DNA of 37,221 bases from Octopus bimaculoides (Eukaryota), in contig NC_068996.1 of NCBI RefSeq assembly GCF_001194135.2, positions 18,589,016 to 18,626,236 of the forward strand. Reading direction: 5' to 3'. A model generated the notes under the pieces. That model made no database searches. It had not been told where the DNA came from and saw only the letters and a list, made by a program, of their open reading frames with translations. Made by a program: the position numbers and the translations under genes. Positions 11,119-23,574 of this stretch are shown piece by piece (position 1 is the first letter of the stretch; every line of letters begins with the position of its first letter).

Positions 11119-11834
11119 CACACACACACAGACATCTAATAATTTAAACGCATAACTTTTTGGTTGTGATTACGTTTCCAGCATCTAAATCTCAATTGCA
11201 GAAAACATAATCATTGTGGTTTTTATTCCGCACAAAATGACCCGCTCACGGTGGTTGTTTTTTTTAATGGTATTTTTGCTGGATATTTATAAGGAAACCC
11301 CCTTTTTTTTTTTCCTCCACAAAAATACATCGTCCCCGATACATGTCTAACCGACCTTCCTACGCTGTCTTCTCAATATTCAAAGTTGTTATATGCTACT
11401 TTCGTTCGTTTTCTGGTATTGTATGTACCTCATTTTTCGTCTGTTCCTACATCCTCACTATATGGTATAAGGAAATGGGTAGGTGGGAAAAACTGAGCCA
11501 AAACCAAGTGACAGCCAGTTTGATTGTAGTGGGGGAGACATTTGTGCTCCAGGGAGAAATTTAGATATGGATGCAGGATAATTTGTATGTCTCAAATATA
11601 TCCAGATGGATAATGCTTCCAGAATCTGGATAATTTGAAAGAAATAAAGAATAAATCGAAGTAGACCCACTAATCTAGGAATCCCTGAGTTTAGGACATT
11701 ATTTTTAGTTTACTAATTTCGAATTCAGTATTATTTTGCTTGGTACACGGTGCAGATTTTTGTATTTCTTTTTGGAGCCGTGTTTGTGACCGACTTCTTT
11801 GTCACTGGTTTCAAATATCTGCGAAGTGTTGTAT

Positions 11835-12223
11835 ACAACACTTCGCAAATATCTCCTTCGGGTAAAGCCAATAGAAGAGAATATGACCAAAATCTGCGTT
11901 TACTCCATCCCATGCAGCTGTGGTAGGTTATACAAAAGCGAAACATGCCGCCACCTCAAAAAAAGGGCAGAGGAACATCGCAAAGCTGTGACACGAGGAG
12001 ATACTGATAAATCAAGTATAGCTGATTATGTATGGAAAAATGGAGATCCTTCTCCCTGTGGGATGAAGTTAAAATAATAGACAGAGAACACCACTGGAAA
12101 ATACGAAAACTGAAAGAAGCAGCACATGTGCTAGGACACAACTTCCTAAGCAGACCAAGTGCAGATATGAATAGCATATGGGAACCGGTATTAAGGAAGG
12201 ATAGGAAAATATTGGGTTTATAA
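11835..12223 (+). pseudogene. Penelope-like element GIY-YIG endonuclease fragment (one frameshift near 12055)
   Basis: TTLRKYLLRVKP...CVYSIPCSCGRLYKSETCRHLKKRAEEHRKAV...ADYVW / LWDEVKIIDREHHWKIRKLKEAAHVL...IWEPVLRK. The VY..PCxCG..YxxET motif, conserved R..EH and E fit the C-terminal endonuclease of PLEs. Confidence 0.9.
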
Positions 12224-12243
12224 GCCCTAAAATTCACTCCATA

Positions 12244-12464
12244 ATTGCCTATGGAGTAGTAGTTAAGAGTGCGAGCTACTAACCCCAAGATTCCGAGTTC
12301 GATTCCAGGCATGGAATAATAATAACAACAAAATCGAAAAATACCTTAGGAACGAGAACCCAAGTTCGAAATTTCCCCAAGACACATGGAGGGTATATCA
12401 GCCGAAACGTTGTGTTAACAACAAACAAGATGAGGACAAATATCCGTCAAATGTAAATAATGTA
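12244..12464 (+). mobile_element. tRNA-head + hammerhead terminal unit (copy A; ribozyme core deleted)
   Basis: Homologous to 29749-29988, with B-box GAGTTCGATTCC. CTGATGAAGG is missing at ~12386. Confidence 0.85.
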
Positions 12465-12489
12465 AATAACGGCATATTTTACTTTATGA

Positions 12490-12709
12490 GTTGAAAAAAA
12501 TCCCATCGTAACTGTTGAGGAAGTAGCAGAGAAGCTTGAATTTGGTCGTTCAACCAGCGTGCCATCGGAAAAGTCAGCCGATTGGGTTCTAAGACGAACG
12601 GTGTTCTTCCATCAGGATAATGCTCAGCCACATACAGCGAGGATGATATTCCAAAGGCTGGAGTAGTTTCAATGGGAAACGATGCCCCACCCACCATATT
12701 CGCTGGACA
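12490..12709 (+). pseudogene. Internally deleted mariner transposase fragment
   Basis: EKNPIVTVEEVAEKLEFGRST (HTH) joined to VFFHQDNAQPHTAR...LE*FQWETMPHPPYSLDI (second-D and HPPYSPDL motifs). Confidence 0.85.
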
Positions 12710-12710
12710 T

Positions 12711-12806
12711 AATAAATCCTGGGGTAGATTTCTTCGACTAAAAACCCTTTAAAGCGGTGCTCCAGCATGGCCGCAGTCAAATGACTGAAACAAATGAAAG
12801 GATAAA
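12711..12806 (+). mobile_element. SINE family 1, 3' end
   Basis: CGACTAAA...GCGGTGCTCCAGCATGGCCGCAGTCAAATGACTGAAAC tail. Confidence 0.75.
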
Positions 12807-12994
12807 ATATTCTTAAATTCGATTAGTCTTCAGTTATTTAACTGGTAATCTACTTATTGCCATGCCTTCAAAATAATAAAAGCAAAGCCACTCTTTTTAT
12901 TGTTTTAACTCAATGTGCAGGGGTACCGCCTTCAGAGGTTTGAATGAATCATACGACTCAACGCTAACGATTTTAACAGCTTATCGTCTTAATG

Positions 12995-13063
<69 letters not shown>

Positions 13064-13492
13064 GAGGGAGAGAGCAGAGCTTGCCATCAAAGTGACACTG
13101 GAGTAAAATATACAAAGCTCAGTATACCCATCATGACTACTCGGCTGATAAAGGTACACCAGGCACATGCATCACAACCATATGTGCGCGTCATAATGAT
13201 CTCATGTCAAGATAAACAGCGCATGACCTCGCTGGTGAGGCCCAGTTAGAATTTTCCTTCCGGTCAAGTAGCCTATCCCGCTCAAAAGGTCCCTGAATAA
13301 GGGTTCTATAAGGATGTTGAACGAAACACCCATGTTTCCAATGGTGAATTCTCCAAACTCCCAAAGGATTCCTCTCAACACATGGCTATGATGCTCCCCC
13401 ACTACTTCTGCTCATGATCAGAGATGCTCATATCGTCAGCCACCAAGGGACATGCTTTACTGGTTAAAAGCAAACAACTCACAAGCAAATCT
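13064..13492 (-). mobile_element. Unclassified interspersed retro-repeat ending in an (AAT)n tail
   Basis: Complex, higher-GC non-coding block whose minus strand runs straight into (AAT)n. It is recalled as a common octopod repeat but is not verifiable from this window. Confidence 0.4.
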
Positions 13493-13680
13493 GTAAACAC
13501 ACCAACATCGGTTGTCAAGCAATAGTTGGTGGGGGACAAACACAGACACACAAATACATACATATATATATGACGGGTTTCTTTCAGTTTCCGTCTACTA
13601 AATCCACTTACAAGGCTTTGGTTGGCTCGAAGCTATAGTAGAAGACATTTGGCCAAGGTGTCACGCAGTGGGACTAAACC
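13493..13680 (-). mobile_element. SINE family 1, central fragment
   Basis: Reverse complement of the 32335-32510 portion of the full copy. Confidence 0.8.
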
Positions 13681-13685
13681 CCCCC

Positions 13686-13717
<32 letters not shown>

Positions 13718-13739
13718 CACACACACGCAGAAAGGTACT

Positions 13740-14497
13740 AACGTGTGTGTGCACACACTCGTTGGAGTTTCGTTTTCACCGAACGCATCGAGCAGACACA
13801 TTACATTAAATATTGCCAAAAGAGTGGTGATACTCAAGCTCAAAGCAGCCAGTAAATTCGGCTGGCCTTTGGCTATTATACCATAGGCAATAGTCAGATC
13901 AAGGATTGGTCCAACCCACTTCAAACATGGCTGCACCTCAGTGGTGAACGAGATGCGTTCAAGCAGGCAGGCCATCTACATGCCGAAACGAGGAGTCGAT
14001 TGAAAAAGTTCAGCGAATAGTCATGGAAGACCGTTCTGTAACAATCCAGGAAATTGCTCACGAATAAGCACAGGATCAGTGCATTTTATTTTAACGGAGG
14101 ATTTGTGCATGCGGAGAGCGTTAGCGAAATTCGTCCCCCAAGGTGCTGGCTGAACAGCAGAAGCAACTCCGCATGGAAATTGCTCTGGACATGTTGGACT
14201 GTGGAAAACCACGACCCAGACTTTATGAAGACTAACATCACTGGTGATGAGACGTGGCTTTGTGGTTTCTGCTCGTTGCGTTCGATCACCTTGCGTGAAA
14301 ACGAAAATCCGACGAGTGCGTGCGACACGTGTGTACTCTAGGCGTAAAAGTCAGGAACCGCCGTGCCTTACCAGCGCGAAAATGTTCACGCATGCGCTGG
14401 AAAGGTGGCGTCATCTCCCGCCCAAAGGATTTTGCTCATGTAGAATTAGTTTTAGCCGGGGAAAATAAACCGGATACTTTTTGAACGCGCGCGTATA
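13740..14497 (+). mobile_element. Internally deleted mariner element (N-terminal transposase to first catalytic D, plus right TIR)
   Basis: TERIEQ..YIKYCQK.GDTQ...IKDW...FKHGCTSV...IEKVQRIVMEDR...EDLCMRR..AKFVPK...ITGDETW (GDETW 14243-14257), with frameshifts. TIR-like CCGGATACTTTTTGAAC...GTA at 14470-14495 followed by TA. Confidence 0.85.
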
Positions 14498-15997
14498 AAT
14501 AGCCTGAATTAACACTGGAAATTGAAGCAATTATTGTAACTTAACTTCTATTAAATAAAATAACAAGCAAACAAACAATATAGAACGCATTCAAAAAATA
14601 CACAACGCATATTCTTGTTATTTAGCTCCAGAGCAATCAAACTGAGTAAATCTACGAAAGACACTCCAACAATAACCATCGCGTCTTCTCAGACACAGTT
14701 TACCTCATACAGTATTATCTGTTATTTATTTCGGATCTTTTTGGTTTGACGGGCAACACTTGTTATCTAACGAAACACTTTCAAACTTGGGATACTGGTA
14801 GAATGTGTCATATAAAATAACTTTTTCTCTTAGCCTTCTTTAAAAAAATTGTACATCGCAAGTTATTTCATGTTAAAGTTGTCGTATTTCTGTAATTTCA
14901 ACCAATCACTGACCTTGTTTTTAAGACGATAGTTTCTGATTTGAGAGTGATTTAACTGCTATTTCTAACAGTTCAAGCAATAATATAGAGTCTAGTACAC
15001 TGGTTTCGCACGTGTGTGTTTATTATAAATATTTTTCTAAAACGTGTGGTAAGTGATAGCAGCGGCAGGCTTTCAAATGATATTAAATCCATAACGGTTA
15101 ACTTTTGTCTTACTATGATACTCATGAGATAATAATACACTGACTGAGATATCAAAACATGGTGACTTGGTCATAAATTATTTGTAAGAGAAGAAAAATG
15201 TAAAAACTACATATACCACAATAATGTAATGATAAATCAACTAATCCCACATAAAACACACAGCTGTAAATATCTCGGGATTTCAAACGAACATAAAATA
15301 AGGTCTGGAAATGTTTTTTAAACAGGAGTGGGCTGTTTCACTTAGTCTGCCCCATCACAACAAACACATATCTGCAACATACATACATACGTACGTACTT
15401 ACGTGTATATGTATATATATATATAAACATAAACATCTTAATGGAAAGAAGATAAATTATTGAGTCAAAGAAACGAAGATAGTTTGTAGGGTGTTGTACA
15501 CAAACACACACACGCACAAATAAATACTTGCACACATATTTCACACAAAAATATGAAAGACGGAAAGCTGTATCAAACAGGAAGAAATCAGATATGACAG
15601 ACAAACCTTCAAACATTTACATGTAGACGGTGAGTTGATGCACACACGTAGAGATACACCGGCTATTGTTTAGTCCCCGGGCCATACCTAATTCATTAGC
15701 CTTATAATCAAAGGGATCCCAGGAGTGACTATCCTGTTTTGGTTGTAGGCATAGTATATACACTCGTATACTCTTGCCATCAAAAGTCGACGGCATTTTT
15801 AAATGGAAGAACCTGAAACTGATATTTTATGAATGTATTGATATAACCTACGTTCCATGTATTTAATAGTTAATCGTTACAACACACCATATTTTGCCAT
15901 ATTTCTGATGAAAGTCCATTTACCAAAAGCAGAATATTTTGTCAATAATCAACGCAGTATTTATTCCATACAGATGTTTCATAATAGTATATCCCCG

Positions 15998-15999
<2 letters not shown>

Positions 16000-16054
<55 letters not shown>

Positions 16055-16765
16055 NNNNNNNNNNNNNNNNNNNNNNNNNNNNNNNNNNNNNNNNNNNNNN
16101 NNNNNNNNNNNNNNNNNNNNNNNNNNNNNNNNNNNNNNNNNNNNNNNNNNNNNNNNNNNNNNNNNNNNNNNNNNNNNNNNNNNNNNNNNNNNNNNNNNNN
16201 NNNNNNNNNNNNNNNNNNNNNNNNNNNNNNNNNNNNNNNNNNNNNNNNNNNNNNNNNNNNNNNNNNNNNNNNNNNNNNNNNNNNNNNNNNNNNNNNNNNN
16301 NNNNNNNNNNNNNNNNNNNNNNNNNNNNNNNNNNNNNNNNNNNNNNNNNNNNNNNNNNNNNNNNNNNNNNNNNNNNNNNNNNNNNNNNNNNNNNNNNNNN
16401 NNNNNNNNNNNNNNNNNNNNNNNNNNNNNNNNNNNNNNNNNNNNNNNNNNNNNNNNNNNNNNNNNNNNNNNNNNNNNNNNNNNNNNNNNNNNNNNNNNNN
16501 NNNNNNNNNNNNNNNNNNNNNNNNNNNNNNNNNNNNNNNNNNNNNNNNNNNNNNNNNNNNNNNNNNNNNNNNNNNNNNNNNNNNNNNNNNNNNNNNNNNN
16601 NNNNNNNNNNNNNNNNNNNNNNNNNNNNNNNNNNNNNNNNNNNNNNNNNNNNNNNNNNNNNNNNNNNNNNNNNNNNNNNNNNNNNNNNNNNNNNNNNNNN
16701 NNNNNNNNNNNNNNNNNNNNNNNNNNNNNNNNNNNNNNNNNNNNNNNNNNNNNNNNNNNNNNNNN

Positions 16766-16811
<46 letters not shown>
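16000..16811. repeat. (CT)n - gap 16055-16765 - (CA)n
   Basis: Microsatellites flanking an N gap. Confidence 0.95.
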
Positions 16812-16813
<2 letters not shown>

Positions 16814-18599
16814 CGAGGTTTGTTGTAGGAGATAAAGATAATAAACGTTGTGTATTATCGTTCCCAGCTCTACCATTGAACTACGCGATAAAAAGAAATG
16901 TGTAGACAATAAGTGGAACTGAAAAGAAATATATATAGGGTCGTGTATGTGCTTGTGTTTTTGATGAAAAGGGGCGGGGGAATTTGCAATGTACATTTTT
17001 TGTATAAGTGTGCTGTCGAATATTGTTTTGCACAGTATCTACAATGATTAGAGCTACAATGAAAGGTGTTACAGCCGTGACCATCCCTTTTATATTTATC
17101 ACCATGTTGCCTAAGAGATTTTGTGATTATTTCTAGCAGATCCAGGAACCTCTTATAGGCGCCTACATTACTTGTTATAGGCTCTTTACTATAGAATATA
17201 ATAATTGTGTGTATGTGTGGTGGCGATGGTGGTGACGTTTCATCTGTTACTAATTTTCACTCACTGAAGTTTACAGTCGCCCAGTATTTAGCCATACACA
17301 TTTATACACATTCACCAACGAGTAAGTCTCTACGACCTATTAGCATCAATAACGCTATTTCTCAAATTACACCTTTTTGTCCGAGGAAATGTTTCATTGC
17401 ATCACGTATGCGGTCTTGAATACATTAGTGTGAATTAGAGGGATGCGTCACGACAGGAATGCCTTTGATATCATAAGGTCCTGCTCGATGGGACCTGATC
17501 TGAAACTAAACAGCAACATATATTAATGTGGGCAACGTGTGTGTGTGCAGGGTGGGTGAATGAAAACATTTAAAGACGGCCCAGAAATACGCCATTCCGA
17601 CGTTAAGAAAAATGACAGTTAATGTTTAGAATAAAGTGTATTTAATATGTTAAGTATTTAGACGTTAATTGTGTGGTGAGGAAAAGACAATATTAGTCAA
17701 TAACTAATAGTGTTTTAATCATATAAGCAAGTACAGGTGGAAGTGATAGCTTTGCACAGGTTTCTGTATTATTAAACATCTTCAGATAATCACAAACTAG
17801 ATGTAAGATGTCATTGTCTTACCACTAACTTGAGTGAAAAATGACAATATTGATATATTAGTAGCTGGGGAAACTATTCTTCAAAATGTTACAGATGTGG
17901 GTGAAAGAGTCAACAGAATTCTTTTGCTTCTAAAATGAGCATTGATTATAAATAAATTTTTTAAAAAAGACGATTTTTACGCTAATTAGTTAGTTACATA
18001 TAATAATATATCAGCAGAAAACAACAGTCGGACTATTAAGGGTCCATGCGTCAAGGCAGAACGCGTAGACTTTCAAATTCAATAAACGCTGTTTAGAGAT
18101 ATGCAGGTAGATATGTGTGTGTATACGATATACGATAAGTAATATTTCATGTTGAGTACGTGACGGTTAATTGTTCTTAACACTCACTGCTCGCTCGTTT
18201 TTTTAGTCGTAGTTAGTCACTACCACCACCAATACTACTACTAGTAGTAACAATAGCAACAGCAACAATAATAATATAATGATGATGACACTGATGATAA
18301 TCCTTCTTACAAGCTAACACGCAAACACTGCAGCCCGAGGCACCGGTTGAAGCTATCTCTCTTTGATGTTTAAACTGTTGTCGTTTGTTTCAGGGCAATA
18401 TGACCACTTACTATTATTATCATTTTATTGATGTCATTGTTCTTTTCATTTTCCTCAGTTCATTAAGGAGTCTTTCATTAAATCTAAATAATTGTCAATG
18501 TACACACCAACACTTGAGATGTCACGTTATTGTTTTACGTGGGAGTGACTACAGACAGAGGTTGTAGCCAAAACACCAGTCTTTTGTATGTTGTATATA

Positions 18600-18748
18600 T
18601 ACTGATAGAGCAGTCCTATGATCAAAAGTGACCCGGCAATGGCCATCTATCCATTGTTATTTTCAGGTAATGCACCAAAGGACAATTATTTATATTGTAC
18701 CTTTTAAAGACGGTTTGAGGAAAATTTGGTTGCTTTTCTTAGGATGTC
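18600..18748 (+). repeat. Diverged copy of a dispersed repeat (other copies ~14920-14978, 20110-20250, 31555-31700 on +; 35165-35340 on -)
   Basis: Shared motifs CTATGATCAAA...GCCRTGACCATC and ATTTGGYTGCTATTTCTAGCAGGTT recur across these loci, seen by eye. Confidence 0.45.
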
Positions 18749-21031
18749 GAACAACAAACAGCATAGAAGGTACTTCGTTAGCTCGAGTACTCACGGTAAT
18801 TAATTAATTAATTAACAGTAGTTAATTATTATAATTAGCAACAATCTTAAATGTCACATTGTTGTTCATAAAATGCGAGAGTATGTTATATGATAGGTAC
18901 ACCACCCGTTAAGACAGCCTTCTCTTTGGTACATGTACTGTTGAACCCTGGAAAGCTTTCAGATTAACCCTGATAGATTTACTGCAAAATAACGAAAGAC
19001 TCCAAATACAACTCATTCCCTACATGATCGCTATTACCTTTTGCAAGTCGCCAACACTCAATTTTTTAATTTTTAAAAATTTGTTTTTTTGAAAAAATTT
19101 GGTCTGTTGGGCCCGAGTCTTCATTTTGGTAAATTGGTCATTTACAATCTTTATTCAAATCCTACCAACTTAACTTTATCTTTCATGGTCATTCGGGGGT
19201 TAATAAAGTAAGAAACGGCCAAGTCGGAATGGAAATCCATAATAATTCTACCTAAAACCCAAAATATGAGGCCTTGTCGCAATATAAGTAAAATCGTTAT
19301 GGTTATTAACACTGTCACATCACTGAAAACTAGGTCTCTGAATCTGATGTACCAAACTCTGTCAAAGACATTATTATTTCACTCTCACGGTCTAACTTTA
19401 AAAGTATAGATTAATACTCCTCGTTATTCATTTAAATCTTGCATGTTAATTACATTGGTCTTTTAAATTAAGGAGTTAAATGAAGACTTTGTAGGTGAGA
19501 TAGCGCATGTAATCACTAAGATTTGATACAGCCAATCCGAAGTTCCTGTCTTCAATGATGATGATAGTAATAATGATGAAGATGACCATCATAATAGCGG
19601 CGGCAGTTTGGAAGGGCGAGAAGTTAGCCAATCAAATCAATTCCAGTAGTTGACTGGTTCTTTATTTTATCAAGCTGATCTTGGCGTAATTTCAACGTAA
19701 ACTTACAAGCCGGAACTCAATATCGCAAAGTATTTTGTCAATGCTTTAACGATTCTGCTAATTGGAACAAGGTTGGGAAACTCGTATGTTGAAACATTTA
19801 GAATATGAAGATACTTCGAGTGAGAGTGACAACCGTCTAACTAATTAGTTCAATTAGTTTTATATTATTAGTGTGTTCGTGGTGGAAGGAACGATAGAGC
19901 AATAAACTAAAACTCTTTCATTATTAGTAACTTCCCTGCATTTTCTAAGTTCGACTCTAACTAAAGTTGAATTCTATTTATTCATAAAGTATATACCAAC
20001 AATGAGTCGCTATTAAAGGAAAAGTAGCATCTTAGAAATGACAGCTCTGGTTTCGATACCAGGTTTTTTGCCCTCTGCCGCTGTAGGTGTTTGTTGATGC
20101 TCAGTCATCAATGAGAAGACCTATGATTGAAAATTTTCTAGCCATAACCATCCCATCGGTATATCTAGGATTGCATTATCCAGTGTGTCTCTCGTTCATA
20201 GTGGTATAGTGTGATTTTAGGAAATCTGGTTCCTGTTTCTAACATCCACATCAAACCTCACTTTTTGGCTTTAAAGGGGCACTTGTATGGTTTTGGTTAT
20301 TCTTTGGTCCAGATCAGCCCCGATTGTATAAAAGTATAATCAAAGATATTGCAGCCGTAACCATTTGGTTATCAGAGACCACATTGTCAAATGAATTCTT
20401 CAGATCTTGTCCACATTTCCTTTTAATGATGTTTGTGTTGTGACGAATGTTGTACGATTTACAATACGATTTAGTCAGTGAGTTAATTTCGGTTCTGAAT
20501 TGAAACTAAATTCCATACTTTGAGAGCAGAGATCAACATCGTGTCATCAAATCCATCGTATCATAAATTTTCCGGAACTGTGTTCTTTTGTCATGAAAAC
20601 TACTTTTACAGCAATGTTTCGCGACATAGCAAGCTTTCTTCACTCATGTAAATGCGAGATTATGTAACCGTCCTTTAAAAACAAAATACAAAAACGAATT
20701 AAATTAAATTAAAAATGAATCGACACAGGATAGTTTTATCTGCAGTTGGCAGAAACGATGAAAGACAGAATGCCGAACTAAAAGACATTTAAATATTCAG
20801 TTTCTGACATTTATAATGAAATGAACTGATATGCTGCTGAGTTCAAATTTGTCTTCATTCCAATGAATGCTTTAAAATGAAGGTACCAATAATATATTAG
20901 ACCCAATAGCAATTCAGCACGAAAACATAAGTAAATGCACATATCCTTCTGAGATAGGATATCATTGTGTGAATATGTACGTGCTTGTGTACAGTTATAC
21001 ACTTATTTATTTATGCGTGTGTGTATGTGTC

Positions 21032-21096
<65 letters not shown>

Positions 21097-21189
21097 TAGA
21101 AGGCATATATGAGCATGACTTTGAATATATTTACATGCATATGTCTTTATATACAGATACAATTCAAATATATTTATATACATACATGC

Positions 21190-21247
<58 letters not shown>

Positions 21248-21269
21248 GCGAAAAAAAAACAACCTCAGT

Positions 21270-21790
21270 ACGTTGCAAGATAAGACCCCTCTTCCAAAAG
21301 GATGGCTCCCTCACAGATTGTCCAACTAGGATCAGTGAGGTACTGAATGACCAGTTCAAAAGTGTCTTTACCACCCCGCTGGAACACAGACAAGTGAACG
21401 AACCAGTGAACTTCTTTTCCGCCTCACCTATAACCAGAGAGGCAGTTACGATGGAATACATCAACATTAGCGAAGAAGATGTACTACTAGCTATAGATGA
21501 AGTGGACACAAACTCAACTGCTGGCCCTGATGGTTTCCCAGCAATGCTCCTCAAATCGTGAAAGCATGCCCTGGCAAAACTCCTCCAGATTCTCTTTCAA
21601 AGCTTTCTCGCAAATGGCAGATTGCCAAGCAAGCTGAAGGAGGGAATAATATGCCCAATCCATAAAGGGGGAAGCAGAGCAGATGCCAAAAACTATAGGC
21701 CTGTCTCTCTGACTTCATACATCAGCAAAGTCATGGAACAGATAGTCAGAGAGAAACTAATCGCATTCCTTGAAGAAAATAACTTGCTGA
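21270..21790 (+). pseudogene. CR1/L2-type LINE ORF2 fragment (pre-RT and start of RT region)
   Basis: ISEVLNDQFKSVFT...ISEEDVLLAIDEVDTNSTAGPDGFPAMLLKS*...LPSKLKEGIICPIHKGGSRADAKNYRPVSLTSYISKVMEQIV; AGPDG and NYRPVSLTS motifs, one in-frame stop. Confidence 0.92.
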
Positions 21791-21804
21791 GTGATGAAAA
21801 TAAC

Positions 21805-22011
21805 TTGCTCGACTAAAGGCAGTGCTCCAGCATGGCCACAGTCAAATGACAGAAACAAGGAAAAAAGTAAAAGAATATACACGACTGGCTTCTTACATTT
21901 ACCGTCTACCAAATAACTCACAAGGCGTTGGTAGAAGGTACTTGCCGAAGGGCCCACGCAGTGGAACTGATCTCGGAACCATGTGATTAGGAAGGAAGCT
22001 TCTTGCCACAC
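21805..22011. mobile_element. SINE family 1 3' end (+, 21805-21876) abutting a 5' fragment (-, 21878-22011)
   Basis: Both pieces match the full copy at 32282-32625 in the stated orientations. Confidence 0.7.
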
Positions 22012-22060
22012 ACACACGCACAGATATATATTTATATGTGTATTTATGTATATAATCTAT

Positions 22061-22150
<90 letters not shown>

Positions 22151-22162
22151 ATATATGTATAT

Positions 22163-22500
22163 ATGTCAGTCATTAAGATAGTTTCTCTGTGGCTACTCTG
22201 TTGTTTTGACTCTTATTTCTAGCAATGCTGGTCCTACTTAGTACTATTTGTCACTTGGGACTTCAACGATTTCTTATAAACTGACAAGGTGAGTTTAAAT
22301 TAACCCTAGGCGCGATGAGGGCCACTGATGAGAAGTGAGATACTCTAGCATCAAAATTCGAAATCACTGGTGATGTGGTTATACCCGCCAGGGAGCTTGT
22401 CTCTTTTGTCAGTCATTAAGGTAGTGATTCTGTGGATATTGAGTTGTTTTGACTCTTATTTTTAGCAATGGTGGTACTGCTTAGTACCTTCTGTCACTTT
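22163..22500 (+). mobile_element. Penelope-type partial tandem terminal repeat containing a type I hammerhead (22320-22380)
   Basis: ~95-bp direct repeats at 22163-22257 and 22406-22499. GGCCA-CTGATGA-GAA...TTC-GAAA-TCAC tg GTGAT-G-TGGTT lies between them. Confidence 0.6.
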
Positions 22501-23509
22501 AGTGACGTCCATAAATTTGTCTTTAGGTTGTTAAATTGCTAAACCACCCATATTATTTGTGTGTGTGTGTGTACACACAGCCACCTTTTGAATAATAGTA
22601 GCAGAACAGCCATCCTCGTTTTGTTAATGCTGAAGACATGCCAAATGAGACTTGTTTAGTAACAGACGGCGCAAAGGCAAGGGTTTAAGGTGATAAAAAC
22701 AAGTTATTATTTAAAATTCATAATCTATTTTATACTTTATATTATGCGCAGCTTTGTTCACTTCTATGTCATACACTCTGCATTGAAATAAGTACTACAT
22801 AAGGTTTAGTTAAGTTATACTTTCACAGGGATAACGAAATAAGAGGTCCTGGATTGAACCTTAAAGCACCTCTACATGTCTCACCATGTCTGTATGACAT
22901 ATTCATACATATGCGTACAAACAACTCTTTGTGCCATACTATACACACTCCTTATATACATGTGTATGTGCAAATGAAATGTATGTGTATATATATGTGT
23001 GTGTGTGTGTGTATAATCTATGTGTATATATTTTAGGTATATTTGTGTGTGTGTGTGTGTGTGTATATACACACACACATAATATACATATATTTATATG
23101 TGTATTTATGTATATAATTTATGTATATATATGTATGTGTGTCACACATGGGTGCGCGTATGTGCACGCGTGTCTCTATGAATCAATGGGAAAGGAATAC
23201 ACGGATGACAAATTCCTTCAGTGAATTCCACAATGACGTTGATGGGCAAAGAAATTTGTTTTCTCCTTTCTTGTATATATGTTGGGGGGGGGGGGGGGGC
23301 GAAAGAGAAACGAAATCAACAAATGTTGGTTCCCTTTGATATTTCACCCACTGAAATCCTTCAGATAAATAAATAAAGAAATAACAACAGAAACAAGCAA
23401 TTTCGGTTCAAAAATTGTGCCACTTAATAACGAAGTTTACCAACCAAAGCCAAAACGGAGATATTTCTAGAAAGTCTATTAAGGTTGCCATATTTCTTTC
23501 ATATTACTT

Positions 23510-23533
23510 GCTCTCTCTCTCTCTCTCTCTCTG

Positions 23534-23574
<41 letters not shown>

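Noticed and set aside
12490-14497. The two mariner fragments as one split transposase
   Set aside because: Domain order is reversed and both contain their own HTH region with different sequence, so they are independent elements.
1991-16996. Long ORFs in the track spanning N gaps (2.0-2.5, 4.8-6.2, 9.9-11.2, 15.9-17.0 kb)
   Set aside because: They are open only because N codons and dinucleotide repeats contain no stops.
17752-17790. Minus-strand CUGAAGA-UGU...ACA-GAAAC hammerhead-like motif
   Set aside because: No stem I pairing and G at position 17; cannot be distinguished from chance.
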